This document shows, piece by piece, positions 31,940 through 41,677 of a stretch of DNA of 64,000 bases (positions within the stretch are counted from its first letter, which is position 1; the number at the start of each line of letters is the position of its first letter). This DNA comes from Planctomycetota bacterium (lineage in GTDB: Bacteria > Planctomycetota > B15-G4). A program made the position numbers and the translations under genes. The notes below the pieces were generated by a model that was not told where the DNA came from, did no database searches, and was given only the letters and a program-made list of their open reading frames with translations. The stretch spans positions 992,001 through 1,056,000 of the forward strand of contig CBDFJQ010000002.1 of the NCBI GenBank assembly GCA_965248575.1, written 5' to 3'.

Positions 31940-33589
31940 CTAGGGCTGGACGGTGAAGCTTTGGACGTTCGAGAGGATCGCGTGGCTGGGCGAGTAGATG
32001 TTCACGGCCTGGAGCCAGATGTCGAGGCCCACGGCTGAGCGGGGCAGCGGCGCCAGGCTCAAGGCCACGGTCCCCGCGCCTGGGGCGGGCCCCTTGAAGA
32101 CCGTGACCAGGCTGCTCGGGTCCAAGCCGAAGTTGTTGACCACCCCGGTGATGGGGATCGAGTCGGGAGCCAGGGCGGCCCACAAGATCACCTGGGTCGT
32201 GGGGTACGACCAGATGATGGGGCTGGGCGAATCGGCCAGCGACTTGGGCGCCGTGAACTCCAGCCGCGGCCCGCTGGCGAGCCCCATGCCTCCGTCCAAG
32301 ACGGCCACGCGGCCCACACCTGCGGCAAGCGCTTCCGGCTTTCCGTCACCGGTGATGTCTGCCAGGGCAGCGACAGCCGCCAGCTTCCGTTCCGACTCCC
32401 ACATGGCCATGAACTGCCCGATGGTTCCGCCATGCAGGTAGACCCGCTGGTCGAGACAGCTGGAAAGCACCTCCGGCGAGCCATTGCCATCCAGGTCCGC
32501 GGTGACGGCGACGGAGAACATGCTGCCGGTGTTGTAGCTGCTGGCCTCCCGACGCCAGACGGTTCCGCCGTTGAAGAGCAGCAAGACGTTGATAGCGTTG
32601 TCGAAGGAGCCCACGGCGATGTCGCGCAAGCCTGTCTCGAGCGTGTCGTGCATCAAGGCCAAGGAGGTGACGTTGCGTGTCATGTCCTGGCTGGCCCAGA
32701 GGCGACTGCCATCGGAACCGTCCAGGGCCAGCACGCAGGGCGCAGGTTCTGCGAACTGCCCGACCGCGACCTCGGGGATGCCATCTCCCGTGCTGTCGTC
32801 CACCGCCAGCCCGACCGAGCCCGGCCCGTCAAGGGCCACTTCCCAGAGCAGCGCTCCATCGACTCCCGAAACCAGGCGAGCGAAGGGGGCCAGCTCGCCG
32901 CCGACCAAGAGCACGTCCGGCGTGCCGTCGCCATCGCCATCATGAGCGAGGATCGCATCGGCCACCACATCGCCCACGGACACGCTCCAGATGTCGCTGC
33001 CATCCACTCCCGAGAGCAGCCAGCAGCCCAGCAGCCCGCCGCCGCCCGCCACAAGCAGGTCGGGCTGGCCGTCCTGACTCATGTCCGGCACCCAACACAC
33101 CGACGACACGAAGGCAGGACTGGCCGGGGTCGGGAGGGGAGCCAGGTCGCGCATCCACAGAACCCTCCCATCCGCGCTTGCGCGCACCTCGACGCGGCCT
33201 TGAAGGGACGCCATCCCCACGGCCAGCCGACCGCCCTCCACCGAGAACGCCCGCAGACTCCTGATCGCACCACCATCGGGGTGCGCGGACCAGAGCGGGT
33301 CTCCAGTCACGGAGTCCATCATGAGCAGGGTGTCGCCAGCGGCACCCGGCCCCAGGCCCAGGGCGTAGTCCGCCGCGCCGTCACCGCTCACATCGCCCAC
33401 ATCAGCGAGACAACGCCCCACCCCTGCGAGTTGCCCAGCGGACACCACCTGCGCTTCGAGCAGCCCCGGCAAGCCGCCGGCCACGGGGTCGTTCGGGGCC
33501 GACAGTGCTGCCTCGATGGACGACGGGATCAGATCGTCCGTGGGGCAGGACAGCAACACGGCCGCTGCGAGCGAGAAGGTGAGAAGCAT
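31940..33589 (-). CDS. Secreted FG-GAP/PQQ-like beta-propeller protein
   Basis: Signal peptide; repeated DxxGDGxPD/E loops alternating with G.DG..LW motifs. Confidence 0.82.
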   Translation of the reverse strand: MLLTFSLAAAVLLSCPTDDLIPSSIEAALSAPNDPVAGGLPGLLEAQVVSAGQLAGVGRCLADVGDVSGDGAADYALGLGPGAAGDTLLMMDSVTGDPLWSAHPDGGAIRSLRAFSVEGGRLAVGMASLQGRVEVRASADGRVLWMRDLAPLPTPASPAFVSSVCWVPDMSQDGQPDLLVAGGGGLLGCWLLSGVDGSDIWSVSVGDVVADAILAHDGDGDGTPDVLLVGGELAPFARLVSGVDGALLWEVALDGPGSVGLAVDDSTGDGIPEVAVGQFAEPAPCVLALDGSDGSRLWASQDMTRNVTSLALMHDTLETGLRDIAVGSFDNAINVLLLFNGGTVWRREASSYNTGSMFSVAVTADLDGNGSPEVLSSCLDQRVYLHGGTIGQFMAMWESERKLAAVAALADITGDGKPEALAAGVGRVAVLDGGMGLASGPRLEFTAPKSLADSPSPIIWSYPTTQVILWAALAPDSIPITGVVNNFGLDPSSLVTVFKGPAPGAGTVALSLAPLPRSAVGLDIWLQAVNIYSPSHAILSNVQSFTVQP

Positions 33590-33625
33590 TGTGGAGTCGT
33601 CGAGTGTGCGGGAGGCTGCTTCAGT

Positions 33626-34327
33626 CTAGGTCAGATTTCGAGCCGCGACGATCCGGCGCCCGACGCGCACCCAGGTTGCGCCCTCCTCCACAGCCACGGC
33701 AAAGTCGGCCGTCATGCCCATGGAGAGTTCGCTGAGCTCGACGAGCCCCTGTGGATGCTGAGCGTTTGGCCCGTACTGCCGCTGGAGGTCCGCGAGGGTC
33801 TTGAAGACAGGCCGGACCTGCTCAGGGTCATCGGCAAGAGGGGCCATGGTCATGAAGCCCGTGAGCTTCGCGTGCTGAAGTTCGGCAGCCCGGGCCAAGG
33901 CCCCAGGGATCTCCTGGGGCTCCAAGCCGGACTTGCTGGATTCTCCGCTCACGTTCACCTGCAGCAGCAGCTCAGGGGCCCGCCCCTGCTCACCCGCGAC
34001 GCGATCGATGCGCAGCATGAGGTCCACAGAATCCACCCCATGGAACACGTCGAACAAGAGCACCGCCTTGCGCACCTTGTTGGATTGCAGGTGCCCGATG
34101 AAATGCCAGCGGAAGGCTCGCTCGTACCCCTCGAGCCGTTCGGCGGCTGCTTGGATCCGGTTTTCTCCCAGGTCCGTCACCCCGAGCGCAGCCAGGTCCG
34201 CAAACACATCCGGCGCGGCTGCCTTGGTCACCACCACCAGGCGTGCCGCGTCCGGAGCGCGGCCCGCTCGCACGCAGGCAGCGCGCATCTCACTGCGCAC
34301 CTGGTCGATCGACTGCTCAAGATTCAC
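33626..34327 (-). CDS. yggS: PLP homeostasis protein
   Basis: VVTK, GENRIQ, WHFIGHLQSNK, LSMGMT.DF..AVEEGAT.VRVG; GTG start at 34327. Confidence 0.95.
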   Translation of the reverse strand: MNLEQSIDQVRSEMRAACVRAGRAPDAARLVVVTKAAAPDVFADLAALGVTDLGENRIQAAAERLEGYERAFRWHFIGHLQSNKVRKAVLLFDVFHGVDSVDLMLRIDRVAGEQGRAPELLLQVNVSGESSKSGLEPQEIPGALARAAELQHAKLTGFMTMAPLADDPEQVRPVFKTLADLQRQYGPNAQHPQGLVELSELSMGMTADFAVAVEEGATWVRVGRRIVAARNLT

Positions 34328-34416
34328 AGAGCACCTCTTGGGTTCGTTGCCGGTTGGAATCCGCGAAGCCTCAGCATGGGAAAAGGCAGCGCGAGCCTCA
34401 TGATAGATTGAGCCCT

Positions 34417-34440
34417 GTCCAGCACGAGGTCCAGCACGAG
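34417..34440. repeat. 12-bp tandem duplication (GTCCAGCACGAG)x2
   Basis: Two perfect copies in the divergent intergenic region. Confidence 0.9.
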
Positions 34441-34470
34441 CACCAAAGGTCGGATCAGCCGAACTCACCC

Positions 34471-35658
34471 ATGTCCGTCGCCGCACACTTCGCCTGGCTG
34501 TTGCTGAGCCTTTGGCCCCTTGGCTGGACCGCTGCATGGACCGCTGCATGGACCGGCTCGATCGCGCACGGCCTTGGGGCCGCCGCCGCGCCTGGTGACG
34601 TGCCGTTGCAGCACGCATGGACAGTCTCGCTGGAGGACTGGGCGCCGAGCCGGCTGCCTGCGCCCCCATCATCTCAGCGTCCTCCGGGAACCCTGATCGC
34701 CGTCCATTCAGCGGGCCCGCTGCTGCTGGTCGTCGACACGTCCGCGCGCCTGACCGCCCTGTCCGCAGCGGACGGAAGCTTGGCCTGGTCGCTCCCCCTG
34801 GACGGCAGCTTGGCGTTCCCGCCCAGCTACGCCAGCGAGTCGGAGACCGTCACCCTGTGCACGCTGCACAGCATCACCGTGCTCTCGGCACTCACCGGCG
34901 CCGTGCGAGGACGCCACCCCCTGAGCAGTCCGCCACTGGTAGCTCCCATCGCAAGCCGGGACCTGCTGTTCGTGCCCTCCTCACTCGAGAACATGCTGCT
35001 CGCCGTGTCGTTGCACGACGGCCGCCTGCTTTGGCGCTACCGCTCGCCGTCAGCATTTCGGGGCGAAACGCAGCTGCTGGAGACCGACCGTGGGAGCACG
35101 CTCTACCTGATGGGAGCGGACGGTGTCCTGCGGGCGATCCCGGCGACCACGAGCCCTCCGGAGAACCTCCGTTGGTCGCGTGATGTCGGCCAGCCCGTCG
35201 GCCCCCTGGCGCTTCAGGGCGACAACCTCTTGATTTCCAATTCACGCAACGAGCTCCTGGCCGTGGACAGCGCAACGGGCAGCTTGCGCTGGAAGCTGCC
35301 CCTGGGTTCGAGGGCGCGGGGAAGCCCCGTCGTCGCCGGGGAGGTGGTGGTGGTGGCCAGCAAGCGCGGCGTCCGAGGGGTGCGTGCTACGGACGGGCAC
35401 GTGCTCTGGAGCAGCGTCGGTCCGGAGCTGCCCATGGGCGGGCTGCATGGCTTCGTCCTCAGCCGCCGGCCATCGGGGCGACTGCTGGGCCGCTCGTCCT
35501 GGACCGGCGAGTCCTTCGAGCTGCCGCTCAAGCAGCGCGTGATGTGCGCGGCCGGCCTGGTGGTGGATTGGAGTTCGCGGCGGCGTGTGAGCACTGCCCG
35601 TCCAAGCCTGCCGCCTGGACCGGCTCCCAGGCCGGCTCTCAGGCCGGATCAGAGATGA
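34471..35658 (+). CDS. PQQ-like (BamB-type) beta-propeller protein
   Basis: Hydrophobic N-terminus; repeated A....G...W motifs (ALSAADGSLAW, AVSLHDGRLLW, AVDSATGSLRW). Confidence 0.75.
   Translation: MSVAAHFAWLLLSLWPLGWTAAWTAAWTGSIAHGLGAAAAPGDVPLQHAWTVSLEDWAPSRLPAPPSSQRPPGTLIAVHSAGPLLLVVDTSARLTALSAADGSLAWSLPLDGSLAFPPSYASESETVTLCTLHSITVLSALTGAVRGRHPLSSPPLVAPIASRDLLFVPSSLENMLLAVSLHDGRLLWRYRSPSAFRGETQLLETDRGSTLYLMGADGVLRAIPATTSPPENLRWSRDVGQPVGPLALQGDNLLISNSRNELLAVDSATGSLRWKLPLGSRARGSPVVAGEVVVVASKRGVRGVRATDGHVLWSSVGPELPMGGLHGFVLSRRPSGRLLGRSSWTGESFELPLKQRVMCAAGLVVDWSSRRRVSTARPSLPPGPAPRPALRPDQR
34525..34555. repeat. 12-bp tandem repeat (TGGACCGCTGCA)x2.5 encoding WTAA
   Basis: Read directly from the sequence. 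Confidence 0.9.
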
Positions 35659-36815
35659 AGCGAGGTGCGAGAGAGCGCAGACAGGACACGAGCAGCAGGA
35701 TCGAGCTCCGGCAAGGCCTCATGCGGCAAATGCAAACCGATGCGCGATGCCTTCACCAGCAGCGACGTGGGAGAAGCCGGGATCTCCAGGGTGCCCGACC
35801 GCGAAGCCACGAGTCGTACCAGCTGCTTCAGGACCCCAGCGCGGGGCGCCACATAGCGCGGCTGCCCCAGGCCTGATCCCAGCAGTCGCAGGACTTCCGG
35901 CAACCAGGACTCCGCCGTCTCGCCAGGCGGGGGCTGCCAGACGTCGCTCTGGACCACGCACCCTCGTCCCTCCGGTCGCCAGCCCTGCTCCAAGGCCTGC
36001 GCCACCCGGGTCACCCGCTCCCGCAGCCTTCGGCGGCTTTGCAGCCGCTCTCGCTCAAGGGTCAGACGATCGAGGGGAGGGCGAGCATCTCGGATCAGCC
36101 TGCGCAGGGCATTGCGCGGAATGCTCATCTCAGCATTGGTGGGGTCCTCCACAAACGGCAGGCCGCGAGCTTCCCTGCAAACCCTCAGGTCATCCCGGTT
36201 GGGCACCCGCTCTCCGAGCAGGAAGGGATGCACCAGAGCGACCTCACCGCGCAGCCGGCGCAGCGTGGGGATACCCGCTCGCGCTCGGTCGCCACGGTGG
36301 CCGCGCAGCAGATGCAGGAGCAATGTTTCCTGCGCGTCTCCCTGATGATGGGCTGCCAAGACGACGTCGACAGCACGGCGCTGGGCCTGGTCCGCCAAGG
36401 CATCCATGCGGCGCTGCCGAGCCGCCGATTCACTGCTGGGCCCTGAACCGTGGGGCGGGGGGGCCCTCAGGACCTCGCACGGGAGACCCAGCTGGCCGCT
36501 GACCTCCTGCACAAGGCGGGCGTCCTGGTCGGCGCTGGGTCGCTGGCCGTGGTGGACGTGCCCCACGAGCGGGGCAGGCTCGAGAGCGGGCGCTCCGGGA
36601 TCGCCTCGATTCCGGGCCAGCCACCAGGCGTGGACGGCACCCAACAAGGCCATGGAGTCGCTGCCCCCCGACACCGCCACCAGCAGGCGCCCGCCCTGAG
36701 GCAGCACGGCCGAAAGGCAGGCCTCCAAGAGCCGATCAGGAGAGGGCGAGTCGACGCTCGAGGCTTCGGCGTGCGACCGGTCTACGAAAGACCGAGCGGG
36801 AGTGGGTGGGCACAC
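35649..36815 (-). CDS. tilS: tRNA(Ile)-lysidine synthetase
   Basis: PP-loop AVSGGSDS, HVHHG.R, E.AAR..R, HHQGD..ET.L..L.RG, EDPTN..RN..R; start uncertain. Confidence 0.85.
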   Translation of the reverse strand: MCPPTPARSFVDRSHAEASSVDSPSPDRLLEACLSAVLPQGGRLLVAVSGGSDSMALLGAVHAWWLARNRGDPGAPALEPAPLVGHVHHGQRPSADQDARLVQEVSGQLGLPCEVLRAPPPHGSGPSSESAARQRRMDALADQAQRRAVDVVLAAHHQGDAQETLLLHLLRGHRGDRARAGIPTLRRLRGEVALVHPFLLGERVPNRDDLRVCREARGLPFVEDPTNAEMSIPRNALRRLIRDARPPLDRLTLERERLQSRRRLRERVTRVAQALEQGWRPEGRGCVVQSDVWQPPPGETAESWLPEVLRLLGSGLGQPRYVAPRAGVLKQLVRLVASRSGTLEIPASPTSLLVKASRIGLHLPHEALPELDPAARVLSALSRTSLHL

Positions 36816-36961
36816 GGTTCACCAGCATAGCGATCAGCGGCTGGAGGGATCGCACCGGCCAGCCCCAAGCGATAGACTGCGGCTTGGCGCCGCTCCGGGC
36901 AGGTGCCGATCTTCCCGCACGCGCAGCGCGTGCTTCCCGTCGATAGGAGTGTCTCGTCCCC

Positions 36962-37966
36962 ATGGGTATTCGGGTTGGCATCAACGGATTCGGACGCATC
37001 GGCCGCACGGTCATGCGCATCATGGAAACCCGGGACGACATGGAGGTCGTGTGCATCAACGACCTCGCTCCGCCCTCCTCCCTCGCGCACCTGCTCAAGT
37101 ACGACACGGTCATGGGCCGCTTCGGCAGGGATGTCAGCGCCAGCGACGGCGAGTTGACGGTGGGTGGGCGCAGCGTGCGCGTCAGCGCCGAGCGCGACCC
37201 TTCCAAGCTGCCTTGGAAGGAGCTCAAGGTCGACTTCGTCGTGGAAGCGACGGGCATCTTCCGCAAGCGCTCGGAGATCGCAGCGCACATCGACGCCGGC
37301 GCACCCAAGGTGCTGCTCACGGTCCCGCCCAAGGACGCGATCGACGCCATGATCGTTCTGGGTGTTAACGACGAGGACCTCAAGGCCGAGCATCAGATCA
37401 TCTCCAACGCGTCGTGCACCACGAACTGCCTGGCACCCGTGGCCAAGGTGCTCGTGGACTCCTTCGGAGTGAAGCGCGGCCTGATGACCACCGTGCACGC
37501 CTACACCAACGACCAGCGCATCGCGGACCAGATCCACAGCGACATGCGTCGCGCCCGGGCCGCAGCCGCCAATATCATCCCGACCTCCACCGGTGCCGCG
37601 AAGGCCGTGGGCAAGGTCATCCCCCAGTTGGTGGGCAAGGTGGATGGCATGGCCATGCGCGTTCCCGTCATCAACGGTTCGGTGATCGACCTGGTGGCCG
37701 TGCTGGACAAGGAAGTCACACCGGACGACATCAACAGCGCCATGAAGGCTGCTGCCGATGGGCCGCTCAAGGGCATCCTCGAGTTCAGCGCAGACCCGCT
37801 GGTGTCGAGCGACGTCATCGGCAACTCCCACTCGTCGGTCTTCGATTCCCTCTCCACGATGGTGATCGACGCCAACATGGTGAAGGTCATCTCCTGGTAC
37901 GACAACGAATGGGGTTACAGCACCCGGGTGACGGACCTCATCGCAAAGGCCCACTCCATCTCATGA
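36962..37966 (+). CDS. gap: Glyceraldehyde-3-phosphate dehydrogenase
   Basis: GINGFGRIGR, ASCTTNCL, WYDNEWGY. Confidence 0.99.
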   Translation: MGIRVGINGFGRIGRTVMRIMETRDDMEVVCINDLAPPSSLAHLLKYDTVMGRFGRDVSASDGELTVGGRSVRVSAERDPSKLPWKELKVDFVVEATGIFRKRSEIAAHIDAGAPKVLLTVPPKDAIDAMIVLGVNDEDLKAEHQIISNASCTTNCLAPVAKVLVDSFGVKRGLMTTVHAYTNDQRIADQIHSDMRRARAAAANIIPTSTGAAKAVGKVIPQLVGKVDGMAMRVPVINGSVIDLVAVLDKEVTPDDINSAMKAAADGPLKGILEFSADPLVSSDVIGNSHSSVFDSLSTMVIDANMVKVISWYDNEWGYSTRVTDLIAKAHSIS

Positions 37967-39141
37967 CCCGACGGACCGTCGACCAGCTGGATGTCGAGGG
38001 CCGTCGCGTGCTCGTCAGGCTGGACCTCAACGTTCCTTTGCAAGAGGGGCAGATCACCGACGATCTGCGTATCACCGCCGCCCTGCCCACGGTGCGTTCC
38101 ATCGTGGAGCGGGGCGGCGTCGCAGTCTGCATGAGCCACCTGGGCCGCCCCAAGGGGGTCGACGACAACCTACGCCTCGCCCCTGTGGCCGCGCGCATGT
38201 CGAAACTCCTGGAGCAACCCGTCACGTCGCTGCGGGAGACCGTCGGCGTCGAAGTCGTGGACGCCACGCGCGCCGCCGCTCCAGGTTCCGTCCTGTTGCT
38301 CGAGAACCTGCGCTTCGATCCGGGAGAAAAGAAGAACGACCCAGCCTTCGCCAGCCAGCTCGCGGCTTGTGGCGACGCCTATGTGAACGACGCCTTCGGG
38401 ACGGCCCACCGGGCCCACGCCTCGGTGGTCGGGGTGCCGTCGATCCTCGGCAGCGAGCAGTGCGCCGCCGGCTTCCTGCTCGGCAAGGAGCTGCACGCCT
38501 TTGATTGCTTGCTCGGGGAGCCTGCACGTCCTCTCGTCGCCGTGCTCGGGGGAGCGAAGGTCTCCGACAAGCTCGCCGTGGTTCAGAACCTGCTTCAACG
38601 AGTGGATGCGCTCATCGTCGGCGGAGCCATGGCGTACACTTTCCTCAAGGCGGGAGGCACCGCCGTCGGCAGCTCTCGTGTCGAAGAGGACTTCCTGGAG
38701 GAAGCAGCGCGCATCCTGACCCATGCGGAGGGGGCCGGTGTGGATCTCATGCTGCCCAGCGACCACCTGTGTGCCCCCGGCTTCGACTCCGATGCAGCCA
38801 CCCCCTGCGGCCGCGACATTCCGGACGGCCTGATGGGCCTGGACATCGGACCCCAGACTGCACAGGCCTACGCCGCAACGGTGTCCTCGGCCGGAACCGT
38901 GGTGTGGAACGGCCCGATGGGGGTCTTCGAGCGCGATGCCTACGCGGCCGGCACCCGCGCCGTGGCAGAAGCAGCCGCAGCCTCGTCCGCATACACGGTG
39001 GTGGGCGGGGGCGACAGCGCGGCCGCCGTCAAGCTCTTCGGTTTGGCTGACAAGATCAACCACGTGTCCACAGGCGGGGGAGCTTCCCTCGAGCTGCTGG
39101 AGGGAAAGACCCTTCCCGGCCTTGCCGCCCTCGACTCCTAG
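37963..39141 (+). CDS. pgk: Phosphoglycerate kinase
   Basis: [41 protein letters not shown] overlap with gap. Confidence 0.98.
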   Translation: MTRRTVDQLDVEGRRVLVRLDLNVPLQEGQITDDLRITAALPTVRSIVERGGVAVCMSHLGRPKGVDDNLRLAPVAARMSKLLEQPVTSLRETVGVEVVDATRAAAPGSVLLLENLRFDPGEKKNDPAFASQLAACGDAYVNDAFGTAHRAHASVVGVPSILGSEQCAAGFLLGKELHAFDCLLGEPARPLVAVLGGAKVSDKLAVVQNLLQRVDALIVGGAMAYTFLKAGGTAVGSSRVEEDFLEEAARILTHAEGAGVDLMLPSDHLCAPGFDSDAATPCGRDIPDGLMGLDIGPQTAQAYAATVSSAGTVVWNGPMGVFERDAYAAGTRAVAEAAAASSAYTVVGGGDSAAAVKLFGLADKINHVSTGGGASLELLEGKTLPGLAALDS

Positions 39142-39159
39142 TCCATAGGTGCACCCATC

Positions 39160-39825
39160 ATGAGTCCCCCGCCCGTTCGCATCGCCCCTTCGCTGCTCTC
39201 AGCAGACTTCGCCAACCTGGCGCGGGATGTCCGGGAGGTGGAATCCTGCGGTGCCGACTGGCTGCACGTCGACGTCATGGATGGACACTTCGTGCCCAAC
39301 CTCACCATCGGCCCGCCGGTGGTAAAGGCGCTCAAGAGGGTGGCGACCAAGCCCTTGGACGTGCACATCATGATCACGGAGCCCGAGCGCTACGCAGCGG
39401 ACTACGTGAAGGCCGGTGCGGACATCCTGACCTGCCACATCGAGACCCAACCTGGCGCGCTCGAGCTGATCCGTGAGGCGGGCGCCCGGGCGGGCTTGGC
39501 GGTCAACCCCGAGACGGACATCGCGCCGGTGCGGGACATGCTGGAGCGCGTCGACATGGTGCTGGTCATGTCGGTCCATCCGGGCTTCGGGGGCCAGTCC
39601 TTCATGCCCGAGGTGCTGCCGAAGATCGAGGCGTTGCGAGCTTGGGGCTTCCAGGGAGACATCCAGATTGATGGGGGTATCGCGCCCGGCACCATCGCTG
39701 ATGCTGCTGGCGCGGGTGCCAATGTCTTCGTGGCAGGCTCAGCAGTCTTTGGCTCCGACAACTGGGCCGATACCATCTCTACTCTGCGCGAGACGGCGGA
39801 AGCACGCCTCGGCGTCTCCACCTGA
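39160..39825 (+). CDS. rpe: Ribulose-phosphate 3-epimerase
   Basis: IAPSLLSADF, HVDVMDGHFVPN, MSVHPGFGGQ, DGGI. Confidence 0.98.
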   Translation: MSPPPVRIAPSLLSADFANLARDVREVESCGADWLHVDVMDGHFVPNLTIGPPVVKALKRVATKPLDVHIMITEPERYAADYVKAGADILTCHIETQPGALELIREAGARAGLAVNPETDIAPVRDMLERVDMVLVMSVHPGFGGQSFMPEVLPKIEALRAWGFQGDIQIDGGIAPGTIADAAGAGANVFVAGSAVFGSDNWADTISTLRETAEARLGVST

Positions 39826-39897
39826 TCCCCTGGCTTGATTCCTGGCTTGGCCAGCGCCGCCTTTGGGCCGCGCCCCCCTGACTCTGGAGCAGCACCG

Positions 39898-40761
39898 ATG
39901 GGTTCCCTGCCTTGGTTGCGGCACAAGAAGAAGGACATCCCGGGCGACCTCTGGGTTCGCTGCACGGGCTGCAAGCAGACGCTGTTCGGCAAGGACCTGG
40001 ACGATCAGTTCAAGGTCTGTCCGAAGTGTGGGCATCACTTCCGCATCTCCAGCCACCTGCGCATCGCCTACACCTTGGACCCTGCCACCTGGCAGGAGTT
40101 CGATGCCGGCATGGGCAGCGTCGACAGCCTCGGGTTCGTGGACGCCAAGCCCTACGCACAGAAGCTCGAAGACTCGGCCTCGCGCACGGGCCTCAAGGAG
40201 GCCATGCGTTACGGGCTGGGGCGCATCGAGGGCCACGCGGTGGTCTTCGGGGTGCTCGAGTTCCGCTTCATGGGTGGAAGCATGGGTGTGGTGGTGGGTG
40301 AAAAGGTCACCCGGGCGATCGAGCTGGCCAAGGAACGCGGCCTGCCGCTGATCCTGGTTTCCGCCTCAGGCGGGGCCCGCATGCACGAGGGCATCCTCTC
40401 GCTGATGCAGATGGCCAAGACCTGTTCGGCCCTGGCCGGGCTGCGGGAAGCAGGGGGGTTCTACATCTCGCTCTGCACGCACCCCACAACGGGCGGCGTC
40501 ACGGCCTCCTGGGCCATGACTGCCGACATCATCATGGCGGAGCCCGAGGCCTTGATCGGCTTCGCGGGCCCGCGCGTCATCGAGGGCACCATCAAGAAGA
40601 AGCTGCCACCCGGATTCCAGATGGCGGAGTTCCTTTTGGACAAGGGGCAGATCGACATGATCGTCGCCCGCCAAGAGCTTCGAGCAACCCTCGGACGGCT
40701 GCTGAACTACTTGCCGAAGCGCAAGAAGCGCGCCCTTGCGTCCAAGGGGCGGACGCCCTAG
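39898..40761 (+). CDS. accD: Acetyl-CoA carboxylase carboxyltransferase beta subunit
   Basis: N-terminal C4 zinc finger, FMGGSMG, SGGARMHEG, PTTGGVTAS, IGFAGPRVI. Confidence 0.97.
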   Translation: MGSLPWLRHKKKDIPGDLWVRCTGCKQTLFGKDLDDQFKVCPKCGHHFRISSHLRIAYTLDPATWQEFDAGMGSVDSLGFVDAKPYAQKLEDSASRTGLKEAMRYGLGRIEGHAVVFGVLEFRFMGGSMGVVVGEKVTRAIELAKERGLPLILVSASGGARMHEGILSLMQMAKTCSALAGLREAGGFYISLCTHPTTGGVTASWAMTADIIMAEPEALIGFAGPRVIEGTIKKKLPPGFQMAEFLLDKGQIDMIVARQELRATLGRLLNYLPKRKKRALASKGRTP

Positions 40762-40787
40762 ACTTCCCGCCTCACCGACAGACCGCA

Positions 40788-40864
40788 TCCCCGGTAGCTC
40801 AGTTGGTTAGAGCATCTGACTGTTAATCAGAGGGTCGTTGGTTCGAGTCCAACCCGGGGAGCCA
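40788..40864 (+). tRNA. tRNA-Asn (GTT)
   Basis: Acceptor stem TCCCCGG/CCGGGGA, D arm GCTC/GAGC, anticodon arm TCTGA-CTGTTAA-TCAGA, T arm GTTGG-TTCGAGT-CCAAC, encoded CCA. Confidence 0.98.
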
Positions 40865-41133
40865 TCGGTCTCTCGTCCTGATGGCTGGCTGGTGAGCCCA
40901 GTGGGTACAAAGCTGAGCAGCAGGGCGCCCGTCATGCCGCAGCTGCCGCTTGCGTGCTAGGACGGGTAGCTGCCCGGGCCCCTGCCTCTGCCGCCATATG
41001 GATGCCGAGACGCGGTGCTGCAACTGCCTGTTCGGATGTGAGACTCTCGTGGAAGACCCAGCTCGCTCGCTGCATCCAGCGAGCCCCCAACTCCAAGCCC
41101 CATGTCGCCCCGAAACCACCTGGCGAACCTGAC

Positions 41134-41649
41134 ATGAACATCGACTCCGTGACCACGGAAGAACTGCAGCACGAGCTGAAGCGCCGTGAGGGCCTGGCGC
41201 GCAGCCTCCTGGCAAAGCGTGAGAAGCTGGTCCAGGAGCTGCATGCGATTGATCATCAGCTGGACAGCCAGGGGGTCAACCCCGCGCCGACGTCTGCCGT
41301 GCTGTCCGCTCTCCGCCGGGTCCAGGCCGCCGGCCGTCAACGCCAGCGCTACGAAGCCCAGGTACAGGTAACGGACCCTGCCGACTCCTGGGAGGACAGG
41401 CAGTCTGCTGGCAAGGCCGAGCACTTGCCTGCCGTCGTGACGAACCTCAACACCCTGGGCCTGGGTGATGCCCTGGCGCACGTCCTCGAACCCAACGTGG
41501 TCGTGAGCCCAGCCGAAGCCTGTGAGCGCGTTCGAGCCGAAGGCTATGAGAGCAGCTCCAAGAACCTCCAGATCATGGTGAGCAACACGCTCTCCAAGGA
41601 CTTCCGCTTCAAGCGCGTCGGCCACGGCCGCTACGAACGCATCCCCTAA
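41134..41649 (+). CDS. Hypothetical protein: N-terminal coiled coil plus C-terminal winged-helix-like domain
   Basis: ATG at 41134; heptad helix ELQHELKRREGLARSLLAKREKLVQEL; C-terminal helix-helix-hairpin pattern ending FKRVGHGRYE. Confidence 0.7.
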   Translation: MNIDSVTTEELQHELKRREGLARSLLAKREKLVQELHAIDHQLDSQGVNPAPTSAVLSALRRVQAAGRQRQRYEAQVQVTDPADSWEDRQSAGKAEHLPAVVTNLNTLGLGDALAHVLEPNVVVSPAEACERVRAEGYESSSKNLQIMVSNTLSKDFRFKRVGHGRYERIP

Positions 41650-41677
41650 GCGCCCGGGCTCCGCGCCCACAGACACC

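Noticed and set aside
37414..37962. N-terminal extension of Pgk
   Set aside because: An alternate frame inside gap; the ATGA-coupled start at 37963 fits Pgk
40788..41133. tRNA-Asn as an integration site for a genomic island
   Set aside because: No integrase, no duplicated tRNA 3' end seen, and downstream genes are housekeeping
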